A DNA stretch of 32,000 nt from Nostoc punctiforme PCC 73102 (GTDB lineage: Bacteria > Cyanobacteriota > Cyanobacteriia > Cyanobacteriales > Nostocaceae), in contig NC_010628.1 of NCBI RefSeq assembly GCF_000020025.1, forward strand, positions 4,200,001 to 4,232,000. Reading direction: 5' to 3'. Positions 1 to 9,526 of this stretch are shown here, in pieces. Made by a program: the position numbers and the translations under genes. The notes beneath the pieces were generated by a model, which worked only from the letters and a program-made list of their open reading frames with translations, ran no database searches and was not told the origin of the DNA. Positions within the stretch are counted from its first letter, which is position 1; every line of letters starts with the position of its first letter.

Positions 1-2
1 AT

Positions 3-200
3 GATATAGAGGTTCAAGCACCTTTTGATAGTTACGGATTAGATTCCATGTTAGCAATTAGTATTGCCAATGCCGGACAAAAATATTTAGGAATCCAGGT
101 TTCTCCATTGATGTTAGTACATTATCCGACAATTGCCGTACTTTCGCAGCACCTAGCTACAGAATTGGCAGCATCTGAAACAGAAGCTTTTGAAATTTGA
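3..200 (+). CDS. 3' end of an upstream megasynthase gene: terminal carrier-protein (ACP/PCP) domain, 5'-truncated by the window edge
   Basis: Frame 3 is open from the window edge: DIEVQAPFDSYGLDSMLAISIANAGQKYLGIQVSPLMLVHYPTIAVLSQHLATELAASETEAFEI*, with stop TGA at 198-200. GLDSM matches the GxDS phosphopantetheine-attachment motif of carrier domains. It is absent from the ORF track because no start codon lies in the window. Confidence 0.7.
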   Translation, partial: DIEVQAPFDSYGLDSMLAISIANAGQKYLGIQVSPLMLVHYPTIAVLSQHLATELAASETEAFEI

Positions 201-242
201 TTTATATTTTAAAAAATTAGATAATTAAGGATTTTAGCAATC

Positions 243-2105
243 ATGAATATCACTGAACTTGTAGATAACTTGACTCAAAAAGGTGTAAAATTATGGGTTG
301 ATAATGATAAACTTCGCATTCATTCACCCAAAGGAATATTAACACCAGAAATCCAAAGCGAACTGGCAAAACGCAAAGTCGAAATTCTCAGTTTACTGCA
401 AAGAAAAAATAACGATTCTGAATGTCCTACAGATAATGGTCAATCCCTAAGCTTACAAACTATCGGACGTTTAATTGGCGGTTTTTCCCAAAAAACCGAT
501 ACAGATTTTAAGCCGCCTGTTACCAACCCCGAAGTTATGGCGCAAAAGCTGAAAATTACTTTTCGACCCTTGCCCAAGGGATATCAAGAAGCAGCAATTA
601 TTAAATTTCGAGAACAATTAACGCAGAAACTCCAAGATTGTGGCGTGCAGATTGCAGATTGGGAATCAGCCACCAAAGAAATGAACTATGAAATCACCAT
701 TCCCCTAACTAATCTGCGAAAGACAATCAAAACTAGGGTGGTGAAAGCCGATGTTAGTGCCATTATCGATGTTGAAAGAAAACCGAATTTACTCAGTAAG
801 CTGAAGATTTGTATTGCAGAAAATCTCTATAATTTCTATTCTCAATTTATTTGGAAACATCAAAAACAGTCTGTCTCCAAAATTGCTCAATTTATCAGTT
901 GGGCTGAAGAGAATATTCAACCAGTAGAAGACCCTACCAATACCCAAATTATTGTATTGACAGACTTGGATGAAGAATTTGTTAGCTCCAATCTCCCCTA
1001 TCAACAAAAAATCCCTATTGGCGTAAATACTCTAGTCAGAACATTTTCTGAGATTGTCATTGGTGTGTCTTCTCATCAGATTTCTATATTAAATATGAAT
1101 CTTTCCGATTCTACATTTCCTGTGGAATCAATCGATGATTTTGTTTTGAAATCTTTAACACCGAAAATATACGTACCAATTTTACCATTGCCGTTGAGCA
1201 GATTTACCATTAGTCAATATGACCCAAATCAATCCCCCTATGCAGCCCAACTGGTAAAATTTGGTCAAGAATTAGCAGCAACAGAATTGCTGCCTTCTGG
1301 ATTCAAAATTGACGATGTAATTACCAGAAAATCCCATCGAGATATTGTAGACTGGATGGCAAATGGGAGAACAGGTGTATCTTATGGTTTTGTCGCTTAT
1401 GCAGAACCTCCACAATATGTCGGGGCTGGAGAAATCTCAGCTAGTGAATGGGAGAACTTATCACCCATCCCTGGATTTAGCAACGATGAACTGCGACTAA
1501 ATCAAATTGGTAGGAGATATTTAAAAACCAAAATTGGTAATGAATATCGATACAAACAAATACCAGATATTTGGGTTGTCAGTTCTCGTTCGGGTTCCAA
1601 AAAAACAGACCTAAATTTGGAAACCGATATTCTCAGGATTGGCTTGCAAGATAGGCTGTTGTTGCAATTACCAGAAGCAATTAACCCAAGCGCTGGGGAT
1701 ATTAAACCATCATACGACTTGTACGTGATGGTGGCGATCGCCCTCTCTGCTTCCCTATATGCGCCAGAACTCATTGAAAATGGTGCGCCAATGGTTCATT
1801 TCCACGGATACCCATCTCTTGATTGGTTTAAGTCCGAGAAAGAATATTACACAGGTGTCCACAATCCCTCAGTTCCCTGTGGAACTTATGAATCAGGAGT
1901 CTTTAACTTCCTGGGGATATACGATTTAGTTCAACAACATGGCAGTGATATTGCCTTAGCTAGTCTCATTGAACCAGATCACGGTACAAATATCATCGGC
2001 CGGGATCTGGAATATATACTTTCTAGAATCAAAACTGGAATTGAACAAGGAGAAATTGAACTAGGAGGAAAATATTTCCCTTCTTTAAAACAGAACTTGA
2101 ATTAA
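243..2105 (+). CDS. 620-aa protein: TubC-type N-terminal NRPS/PKS docking domain fused to a roughly 560-aa body of unknown function
   Basis: Long ORF starting 43 nt after the carrier-domain stop. The N-terminus MNITELVDNLTQKGVKLWVDNDKLRIHSPKGILTPEIQSELAKRKVEILSLLQ fits the TubC_N docking pattern (G-V-x-LW-x-x-x-x-KLR ... LTPE ... K-x-EIL-x-LL). I found no condensation HHxxxDG, adenylation, KS, or thioesterase GxSxG motif in the remainder. Confidence 0.75.
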   Translation: MNITELVDNLTQKGVKLWVDNDKLRIHSPKGILTPEIQSELAKRKVEILSLLQRKNNDSECPTDNGQSLSLQTIGRLIGGFSQKTDTDFKPPVTNPEVMAQKLKITFRPLPKGYQEAAIIKFREQLTQKLQDCGVQIADWESATKEMNYEITIPLTNLRKTIKTRVVKADVSAIIDVERKPNLLSKLKICIAENLYNFYSQFIWKHQKQSVSKIAQFISWAEENIQPVEDPTNTQIIVLTDLDEEFVSSNLPYQQKIPIGVNTLVRTFSEIVIGVSSHQISILNMNLSDSTFPVESIDDFVLKSLTPKIYVPILPLPLSRFTISQYDPNQSPYAAQLVKFGQELAATELLPSGFKIDDVITRKSHRDIVDWMANGRTGVSYGFVAYAEPPQYVGAGEISASEWENLSPIPGFSNDELRLNQIGRRYLKTKIGNEYRYKQIPDIWVVSSRSGSKKTDLNLETDILRIGLQDRLLLQLPEAINPSAGDIKPSYDLYVMVAIALSASLYAPELIENGAPMVHFHGYPSLDWFKSEKEYYTGVHNPSVPCGTYESGVFNFLGIYDLVQQHGSDIALASLIEPDHGTNIIGRDLEYILSRIKTGIEQGEIELGGKYFPSLKQNLN

Positions 2106-2113
2106 ATCAACTC

Positions 2114-2140
2114 AGGTTGACTATCATCAATAGTCAACCT
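2114..2140 (+). terminator. Perfect 10-bp stem hairpin between the 620-aa gene and the SDR gene
   Basis: AGGTTGACTA (2114-2123) pairs with TAGTCAACCT (2131-2140) around a 7-nt loop. No U-run follows, so it could be an mRNA-stability or attenuation hairpin rather than an intrinsic terminator. Confidence 0.3.
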
Positions 2141-2174
2141 CTTAGGCATACAAATTAACATTTAACCAAGCATT

Positions 2175-3032
2175 ATGACCAGCATAGCGGGTAAAACAGT
2201 ACTTTTAACAGGAGCTTCTCGCGGCATCGGTGTCTTCATTGCTCGTGCTTTAGCCAAGGAACAAGCAACTATCATTGGAGTTGGGCGATCGCATCAACAA
2301 CTTGACAATCTTACTACTGAACTCAAAGCTTTGGGATGTAATTTCATTCCCTTTACCTGTGACATCAGCAATTTATCAGAACTACCAATTTTATTAAATA
2401 AAATTAATCAAATCGTTGGTGACGTTGACATCTTAATTAATAACGCCGGCATCGAAATTTATCGCTCATTTCCAGATTATTCCCTGGCTGAGATGCAATC
2501 AGTCATCTCGACTAACTTACTAGCAGCAATGGAACTATCCCGGCTACTACTGCCAAATATGTTAGTTCAAAACAGTGGTCATATTGTCAACATTGCCTCC
2601 CTAGCTGCTAAAAAAGGACATCCTTACGACAGCATTTATTCTGCTAGTAAAGCAGGTTTATTAATGTGGAGTGATGCTGTTAGACAAGAATTAGCTGATA
2701 CTGGTGTAGAAATCTCAACCATTTGTCCAGGATATATTGCCGAACAAGGAATGCTAGCTGATACTGGCATTCCTGCACCCAGTTTATCCGGCACATCTCA
2801 ACCGGAAGCAGTAGCGAAAGCAGTGATTCAAGCCATTAAGAAAAATCAAGCTGAAGTCATAGTTAATAAAGATTTAATAACAGTAGGATTGACAAAAATA
2901 CTCTTTGCTCTTTGGCAATTTTTTCCAAAATTTGGAGATGCCATTTATCGCAGGATTGGTGTCATAGCACTAAACAAAAAACGTAGACAAACTAAAAATT
3001 ATTCCAATTCAATCAACCTCTTGCATAAATAG
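2175..3032 (+). CDS. Short-chain dehydrogenase/reductase (classical SDR)
   Basis: TGASRGIG cofactor motif, NNAG, and catalytic YSASK (YxxxK), with a hydrophobic C-terminal tail. Confidence 0.85.
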   Translation: MTSIAGKTVLLTGASRGIGVFIARALAKEQATIIGVGRSHQQLDNLTTELKALGCNFIPFTCDISNLSELPILLNKINQIVGDVDILINNAGIEIYRSFPDYSLAEMQSVISTNLLAAMELSRLLLPNMLVQNSGHIVNIASLAAKKGHPYDSIYSASKAGLLMWSDAVRQELADTGVEISTICPGYIAEQGMLADTGIPAPSLSGTSQPEAVAKAVIQAIKKNQAEVIVNKDLITVGLTKILFALWQFFPKFGDAIYRRIGVIALNKKRRQTKNYSNSINLLHK

Positions 3033-3061
3033 CGAGTTAATTATTCATTAAAAAAATAAAT

Positions 3062-4399
3062 ATGGGAAAGCAACAGATTTGGAAAAACTGGTGGGAAAAT
3101 CACACATGTACACCAGAACACTACTATCAACCAGAACAAATAGATGAAGTTGTTGAGATTATTAAATCTGCAAACCTTGAACAAAAGCAAATCAAAGTGA
3201 TTGGTAGTGGTCGTTCTTGGTCAGATATACCTTGTACCGATGGATACATGATTTCCTTAGATAAATTCAATCAGGTTTTAGATATAGACATAGAACAGAA
3301 GACCGTAATAGTAAAATCTGGTATACGTATCTACCAATTAGTCGATATTTTAGCCAAGCATGGTTTAGCTTTATCTTCACTAGGTTCGATTTGTGAGCAA
3401 AGCATAGCAGGAGCTATTTCTACCGGAACACATGGCAATTCTTTACATCAAGGAGGACTGGCATCATCAATTTTAGAATTAGAACTAGTTAATGGGATTG
3501 GAGAAGTTATCAAGTGTTCCAAATCAGAAAACCCTGATTTGTTTTCAGCAGCCTTGATTGGACTTGGTGCTATTGGTATCATCACCCAAGTCAAAATTCA
3601 GTGCTGCAATCAATTTTGGTTAACTGAAACCTTGCAATGTTGGAATATCAAAGATGTTTTAGAAAATTTGGACACTCTCAAAAAAAATGATTATTGTCGT
3701 TTTTGGTATACCACAACCAACAAAGATGCCATAGTCCAAACTTTTTCAGATTCCCAAATTCTAGAAAAGACAGGATTTATTCATTTTATCAAACGCATCA
3801 TCACTCAAATATTCTGGTTTTTGTGGATTTCTTGGCATGATAATCCGGCTGAACATGATTCTCAGTCTTTTACTAGAAAAGACGAATCCCAACATATTCT
3901 ATGCTATCCCAGATTTTTTCTCAAACTATATAAACTCTCTTTTCGGATGACAAAATATTGTCAAAATGTATTGATATCAGAATATGGTATCCCTGAAGAG
4001 ATGGCGAGTATTGCTATGAACAAAATTTTATCTCTTGTAGATCGGGGGATAATCAAAGGACATTTAAGATTTGAAGTTCGCTTTGGAGCAGCAGAAGATG
4101 TGTGGCTAAGTACTGCTTATCAACGTCCTACTTGTTATATACAAGTCCTGTTTGAGAAAAAGAATTTTACTTCTACCCAAGACCAAAATGATGCTTTTAT
4201 TCAAGTTGAAAATATTATCAAAAATTTAGCTGGGAGACCACATTGGGCAAAAGATCATCTGTATACAAATGATGATTTACGCTCGACATACCCCCGTTGG
4301 CAAGAATTTTTGCAAATTAGACAGCAAACCGATCCTCAGCAATGTTTTACCAATAGTTACTTAAATAAAATATTTGATGATGTCAGGAGAACTGCATGA
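3062..4399 (+). CDS. FAD-linked oxidase of the VAO/PCMH superfamily with a C-terminal ALO domain (gulonolactone/arabinonolactone oxidase- or DprE1-like)
   Basis: The N-terminus WKNWWENHTCTPEHYYQPEQIDEVVEII...IKVIGSGRSWSDI and the C-terminal GRPHWAKDH...YPRWQEFLQIRQQTDPQQCF pattern are typical of ALO-domain flavoenzymes. Arg (GSGRSWS) occupies the position where gulonolactone-oxidase-type enzymes usually carry the covalent-FAD His. Confidence 0.8.
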   Translation: MGKQQIWKNWWENHTCTPEHYYQPEQIDEVVEIIKSANLEQKQIKVIGSGRSWSDIPCTDGYMISLDKFNQVLDIDIEQKTVIVKSGIRIYQLVDILAKHGLALSSLGSICEQSIAGAISTGTHGNSLHQGGLASSILELELVNGIGEVIKCSKSENPDLFSAALIGLGAIGIITQVKIQCCNQFWLTETLQCWNIKDVLENLDTLKKNDYCRFWYTTTNKDAIVQTFSDSQILEKTGFIHFIKRIITQIFWFLWISWHDNPAEHDSQSFTRKDESQHILCYPRFFLKLYKLSFRMTKYCQNVLISEYGIPEEMASIAMNKILSLVDRGIIKGHLRFEVRFGAAEDVWLSTAYQRPTCYIQVLFEKKNFTSTQDQNDAFIQVENIIKNLAGRPHWAKDHLYTNDDLRSTYPRWQEFLQIRQQTDPQQCFTNSYLNKIFDDVRRTA

Positions 4400-5184
4400 A
4401 ATGGCCAGAAAAATATGGAGAATGGGCGATTGTCACAGGTGCTTCTTCCGGAATTGGTAGAGCATTTGCTCATGATTTAGCCCAACGAGGGATGAATCTG
4501 ATTCTCGTAGCCCGCCAACTTGCAGGGCTGGAAGAAGTAGCCGCAGAATGTAACTCTTGGGAAACAAAAACTTACTTGTGTGCCGTTGATTTGACCGAGC
4601 CTAATGGGATACATAAGCTGATATCTTTAGTTGGCGATAGAGAAGTTGGCATTTTAGTTAATAATGTAGGTATTGTTGCTAGAGGTTTATTTACTAAAAT
4701 TGAACTTCAAAGACAACTAGATATGGTAACGCTACACTGTACTGTTCCTGTAGCCCTTACGCACCATTATTTAGCTCAGATGCTCAAAAGAAATCAAGGA
4801 GCTATTATTAATATTTCTTCGGTGGCTGCTTATCATTTTCAACCCTTGTTGACAACCTATGCTGCAACGAAAGAGTTCGATTGGAAGTTTAGTAAGTCTC
4901 TAGCTTGGGAACTGAAAGATACAGACATTGATATATTAACTGTAGTACCAGGATTCACTAAAACAGCAGCCTATGAGGCTGCCGACTGGAAAATTGATTT
5001 TGATTCTATTCCTGCTTTATTTAAGCCGCAAAATCCACGAGAAGTATCGAAAAAATCTCTTGATATCCTTGGTAAGCAACGCTCAATTATAGTTGCTTCC
5101 TTCATGGAAAAACTAATCATCAATGCTAATTACTTACTCCCCGATAGATTCATGGAATTTATCTTGAGTAAGATGTTTGTTTAA
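4396..5184 (+). CDS. Short-chain dehydrogenase/reductase, translationally coupled to the upstream flavoenzyme
   Basis: TGASSGIG, NNVG and YAATK motifs. Its ATG overlaps the upstream stop (GCATGAAATGG, an ATGA overlap). Confidence 0.85.
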   Translation: MKWPEKYGEWAIVTGASSGIGRAFAHDLAQRGMNLILVARQLAGLEEVAAECNSWETKTYLCAVDLTEPNGIHKLISLVGDREVGILVNNVGIVARGLFTKIELQRQLDMVTLHCTVPVALTHHYLAQMLKRNQGAIINISSVAAYHFQPLLTTYAATKEFDWKFSKSLAWELKDTDIDILTVVPGFTKTAAYEAADWKIDFDSIPALFKPQNPREVSKKSLDILGKQRSIIVASFMEKLIINANYLLPDRFMEFILSKMFV

Positions 5185-5221
5185 ATAAATTTCACAACAT
5201 TACTTTTTAAAATTTCAGCAA

Positions 5222-6550
5222 ATGAGCAATTTACAAAAAGTTATTGTTTTTGGCGCAAGTGGTTTTCTCGGCGAGCATATTATCAAATCCTTAATCAGTG
5301 AAAATTGGGATGTCTATGCTGCTGTGAGAACTAAACCCGAGTCTTCTACCGATGGCTTTAACCAGACTCAAGTAACCTACTATGAAGGAGACTTAGAAGA
5401 CCAAAAGTACATCCAGGATGCTATCGCCGGGATGGATGCAATTATTTTTTCCGCAGGATGTACTTGGAAGAGTGATTTGGAGATTTCCGAATACTATCGA
5501 CGCAATGTCCAAATTACCAAGAATTTTTTCACTGCTCTTGGCGATCGCCCCAATGTTCGGATTGTCTACACATCCTCTATGTCTGTCATCGCAGGCAGTA
5601 AATCTGATTATATCTTCTTTGAGGATAGCGATCGCTCTCAAGTCAGCCAAAATCAATTAAGTCCTTACGATTTAGCCAAAATCGAATGCGAACAGATAGC
5701 ACTGGACTATGCTCAAAGAGGTAATAATCTTGTAATACTAAATCCTGGTAATATGTTGGGACCAGGAGTTTTTAACCATTCCAAAATTACTACATCGATT
5801 CTCGTCTTATGGTTTTGTCAAAAACAATTTCCATTCTACATAAATGGGGGACACTCCTATTGCGATGTTCGAGATGTTGCTAAAGCTCATGTTGCAGCAC
5901 TAACCCGTGGACGCAGTGGTGAACGCTACATCGTGGCTGGAGACAACTTAGATATGGCAAGTATCTCTAGTTTACTGGTGAAAATGACTGGCTTTAAGAT
6001 GCCTCAACAGTTACCTGCTAGCGGCGTATATTTGTTATCGTTACTACTGGAAAGTTTATCTTTATTAAGCTTCAGATTATTCAAAAATCCCTATCATCCA
6101 GATTTCGTCAAATCTTTTGCCCTGCATTATTATGCTAATTCTCAAAAAGCAATTAAGGAACTTGCTTACAATATTACTCCCATCGAAACCACTCTTATAG
6201 ATACTATTAAATATTTTGGTAAACGGGAACTGCTATCAGAAGACTTGAATTTTTTTGCGTTAATGACTCATAGTAATATTCAATCCTTGATTTATCTGCG
6301 ACAATTAGCTTCCCAACATACATTTTCTCAATTTTTACTCTCTAAAATTTCGCAGATATACGGAATTTGTCAATCAAATTTATCTTTAAATAATGTTTTA
6401 GATAACTTGGTTAATCATAGCAAATTTAACATTAAGACTGGCAAATTTCAACCAGATAAAACCAAATGTCAAGAAGACTTGAAAAGTATCAATCAACTAT
6501 TTGAATATCTTTATTTTGCATCGAATGATTTTCTTTCAGAAGTAATTTGA
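5222..6550 (+). CDS. NAD(P)-dependent epimerase/dehydratase-family (extended SDR) protein with a roughly 110-aa C-terminal extension of unknown function
   Basis: VFGASGFLGEHI Rossmann motif and YDLAK (YxxxK). The C-terminal third has no motif I recognise. Confidence 0.75.
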   Translation: MSNLQKVIVFGASGFLGEHIIKSLISENWDVYAAVRTKPESSTDGFNQTQVTYYEGDLEDQKYIQDAIAGMDAIIFSAGCTWKSDLEISEYYRRNVQITKNFFTALGDRPNVRIVYTSSMSVIAGSKSDYIFFEDSDRSQVSQNQLSPYDLAKIECEQIALDYAQRGNNLVILNPGNMLGPGVFNHSKITTSILVLWFCQKQFPFYINGGHSYCDVRDVAKAHVAALTRGRSGERYIVAGDNLDMASISSLLVKMTGFKMPQQLPASGVYLLSLLLESLSLLSFRLFKNPYHPDFVKSFALHYYANSQKAIKELAYNITPIETTLIDTIKYFGKRELLSEDLNFFALMTHSNIQSLIYLRQLASQHTFSQFLLSKISQIYGICQSNLSLNNVLDNLVNHSKFNIKTGKFQPDKTKCQEDLKSINQLFEYLYFASNDFLSEVI

Positions 6551-6558
6551 GAGTGGAT

Positions 6559-8241
6559 ATGAGTATAGATAGTTACGATTGGCTAGAAAAATGCGATATT
6601 TGCATAGTTGGTACAGGTGCGGCAGGAGGAATTCTAGCCCATCAGCTGGCAATGAATAACTTTTCGGTGCTTTCTTTAGAACAAGGAGAAAAGATTGATA
6701 ATAGCTACTTCTCCAACCAACTGAAGCCCGAACAAGAAGAAAATTTTGGCATTGCCCCTGATATGTCTTGGCCTTTGAAGCCAGCTGCATCTTTTTACTA
6801 TGATAACTTTCAAGCTAGTCAACTCTACGCCAAACAAGAGACATCATCGATTTCATCACAATCTGAAGAAATTTTTGATAATCGACAGATTTTTCGACTC
6901 AACGGAAAGCAAAATTTGTGGGGCGGCGTTTGTTTACGATATTCACGTAGAGATTTTCGTGGCAAAGATTATGGAGATTCCGACTCGAATTGGCCAATTG
7001 GGTATGAAGATTTAGAATCTCACTACACAGAGATTGAACGCCTGATAGGTGTTTGCGGCACGAAAGAAGGGCTTGACGATCTACCTGATGGTGAGTTTAT
7101 TCCCCCAAAACCCTTGCGGCCTGCTGATAAACTTGTGATCGATGCTGTCAAGAAATTCCGTGATGTCAATATCAGAGCTATTCCCAGTCGCAAAGCAATT
7201 GAAACCCGTCTGGAAGTTGCCCATCATTGCCAAAGTTGCGGTATGTGTGCTTATGGCTGTAGTTCTGGCAGCATTTATAAATTTTCCAGTCATCTACTAC
7301 CACGTATTGTTAACCGGAGTAATTACCAAATACTTTATCAGAGTAAAGTTATACGTTTACTCAGACATCAAGATTCCCACAGAATTTATGCTGCCGAATG
7401 TCTAGATACTGCAACTAACCAAAGATTCCGAGTGGAAGCAAAAGTATTTATTCTGGCTGCTGGGGCGCTAGAAACACCACGCATCCTGTTTAATTCTCAA
7501 GACGAAGCTTATCCCCAGGGATTTGCCAACAGTTCCGGGACTTTAGGCTGTTACCTCCAAGATAATATCTTGATTAACGTTGGCACTTCTTTGGTGAAGC
7601 TATTTGCTACACAAGAAAAATATGATGTCGGTTTTGGAGATAATATCTTAATACCACGGTTTTTATTCGACAATAAAGAATTTCGTGGTGGATACATGGC
7701 TCTTTATTATAACTCCTATCCGAAGCGTCCTAACTATATTGATGGGTTAGAAATCTTTCCCGACTGGAGTAAAAACTGGTTAGCCAAGTCCTTGTTTAAG
7801 ACTTACGCTGTACTACATTTTCAAGGTAAACCAGAGGTTAAAAAGTCAAATTGTATTGTCCCTAGTCAAGAACGTGATGTTTACGGTATTCCCAAGGTGG
7901 ATGTGCATTATGAATTCACAGAAAATGACCAGCAAATGCAGCAAAGTATGGCTCAGTATGGTCAAAGAATTTTACGCCAATGTTCAGGACTTGTGGTTTT
8001 TTCCTACACATCAAAACCTGGTAACTCCATTCATTATGCTGGTACTTGTCGTATGGCGCAAAATAGTCAAGAAGGAATTGTGGACAGTAATTTAAAGACA
8101 TTCGACCACGAAAATCTTTATCTGTGTGATGGGAGTGTGATACCCGAAATATCAGAAAAAAACTACTCATTGACGATTATGGCCTTAGCAAATCGCTTGG
8201 CATCATATTTGTCAACAAAATATCAGCATCTGAGAATTTAA
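6559..8241 (+). CDS. GMC-family FAD oxidoreductase
   Basis: N-terminal DICIVGTGAAGGILA...LEQG FAD-binding fold and the C-terminal HYAGTCRM...VVDSNLKTFDHENLYLCDGSVIP GMC_oxred_C pattern. I prefer the ATG at 6559 (MSIDSYDW) over the TTG at 6547 given in the track. Confidence 0.8.
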   Translation: MSIDSYDWLEKCDICIVGTGAAGGILAHQLAMNNFSVLSLEQGEKIDNSYFSNQLKPEQEENFGIAPDMSWPLKPAASFYYDNFQASQLYAKQETSSISSQSEEIFDNRQIFRLNGKQNLWGGVCLRYSRRDFRGKDYGDSDSNWPIGYEDLESHYTEIERLIGVCGTKEGLDDLPDGEFIPPKPLRPADKLVIDAVKKFRDVNIRAIPSRKAIETRLEVAHHCQSCGMCAYGCSSGSIYKFSSHLLPRIVNRSNYQILYQSKVIRLLRHQDSHRIYAAECLDTATNQRFRVEAKVFILAAGALETPRILFNSQDEAYPQGFANSSGTLGCYLQDNILINVGTSLVKLFATQEKYDVGFGDNILIPRFLFDNKEFRGGYMALYYNSYPKRPNYIDGLEIFPDWSKNWLAKSLFKTYAVLHFQGKPEVKKSNCIVPSQERDVYGIPKVDVHYEFTENDQQMQQSMAQYGQRILRQCSGLVVFSYTSKPGNSIHYAGTCRMAQNSQEGIVDSNLKTFDHENLYLCDGSVIPEISEKNYSLTIMALANRLASYLSTKYQHLRI

Positions 8242-8283
8242 TTGCTGAAAAACAAATATGTAGTCTTCATCAGCATAATACAA

Positions 8284-9498
8284 ATGTCTTCTCATCCAAG
8301 CCACACTCTACTTTTTTTGTTCACAACTTTTCTTCCAGAAGTCACGGGTTCAGCTATTTTTAATTGGGAACGAGTCCAATGGTTTGCCAAGCAAGGAATT
8401 TACCGTATAATTGTTTTAGCACCAGATTGGCAAGAACAATCAAAATTGCCTGTTGTACCACCAGATTTAGCAGAAAACTTAATTCTAGAAACTTATCCTT
8501 CTCAGCCTTGGTTGCTTTACCCTTTGCTGCATGTGCCTAAGTTTTCTACGGCTCGTTACATTAACCAAAGGATAGCTCATTACAAACCAGATTTAATCAA
8601 TGTTGTAGATGTAGAGCGGTTATTCTTATTTAGCACTTGGCATTTACCGGGTAGACGCTATGCCAAAAACAACAAAATTCTTTATATCACCGAATATCAT
8701 ACAGATTATTGTAATCATGTCAGTACCTATCCCGCTGGTAATTTGTTGCGAGAAATATTATGGAAACCAATAACCAAATATTTGTACAATAAATGTGATA
8801 TTACTATAGCCATAAGTCCCACAGCAAGTAAAATTTTGCAAAAAATGGGCATTTCCAATGCTATAACCATACCCATGTATGGTTTAGATTTATCCGCATA
8901 TACTCCTAGTCGCCGCAATCGGCAATTTTTAGAAACTTGGTTAACTCCTCAAGAAAAAGACAATAAAGTTATCTTATTTTTGGGAAGAATTGCCTTAGAA
9001 AAAAGAATTGATATACTCATCAAAGCATTTTCTACATTACAACTTAAACAAAAAAATAGTTCTTTAATCATCGCTGGAGATGGGCCTGTAGAAGTCGTTC
9101 AGAAATTAAAAAATCTGGCTAAATCTATTCCTAATATTCACTTTATAGGTTTTGTACATGGAGAAAAAAAAGCTAACCTATTAGCTGCATCTGATATCTA
9201 CTGTAGCCCTGCTCCCTACGAAACCTTTGGCCGTACACTTGTAGAAGCAATGGCTTCTGGTACACCAGCAATTACTGTTAATAGTGGTGGAGTTTCTGAC
9301 TATATTTTAGATGGAATCAATGGCTATCTTGTCGAACCAAATGATGTAGAAGCATTAACTCATGCAATTCTCAAAATTTTGAGAAATGAAAATAGAAACG
9401 TTATACAACGGGCTTGCGAAGATGCTAAACAATTTTCTCTAGAACAAGCCTGTGAAAATCTCCATAATTATTACCAAGAGATTTTAAATAAAAACTGA
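8284..9498 (+). CDS. Glycosyltransferase, GT4 / group-1 family
   Basis: The C-terminal half (FLGRIALEKRIDILIKAF...ETFGRTLVEAMASGTPAI...GYLVEP) has the GT-B EX7E-type signature. I prefer the ATG at 8284 (MSSHPSH) over the TTG at 8242. Confidence 0.8.
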   Translation: MSSHPSHTLLFLFTTFLPEVTGSAIFNWERVQWFAKQGIYRIIVLAPDWQEQSKLPVVPPDLAENLILETYPSQPWLLYPLLHVPKFSTARYINQRIAHYKPDLINVVDVERLFLFSTWHLPGRRYAKNNKILYITEYHTDYCNHVSTYPAGNLLREILWKPITKYLYNKCDITIAISPTASKILQKMGISNAITIPMYGLDLSAYTPSRRNRQFLETWLTPQEKDNKVILFLGRIALEKRIDILIKAFSTLQLKQKNSSLIIAGDGPVEVVQKLKNLAKSIPNIHFIGFVHGEKKANLLAASDIYCSPAPYETFGRTLVEAMASGTPAITVNSGGVSDYILDGINGYLVEPNDVEALTHAILKILRNENRNVIQRACEDAKQFSLEQACENLHNYYQEILNKN

Positions 9499-9526
9499 TT
9501 TAATTTAATTGATAGGATTTTTAAAA

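Noticed and set aside
6536-6790. 84-aa minus-strand ORF across the epimerase/GMC junction.
   Set aside because: It is antisense to two well-supported genes and has no independent support.
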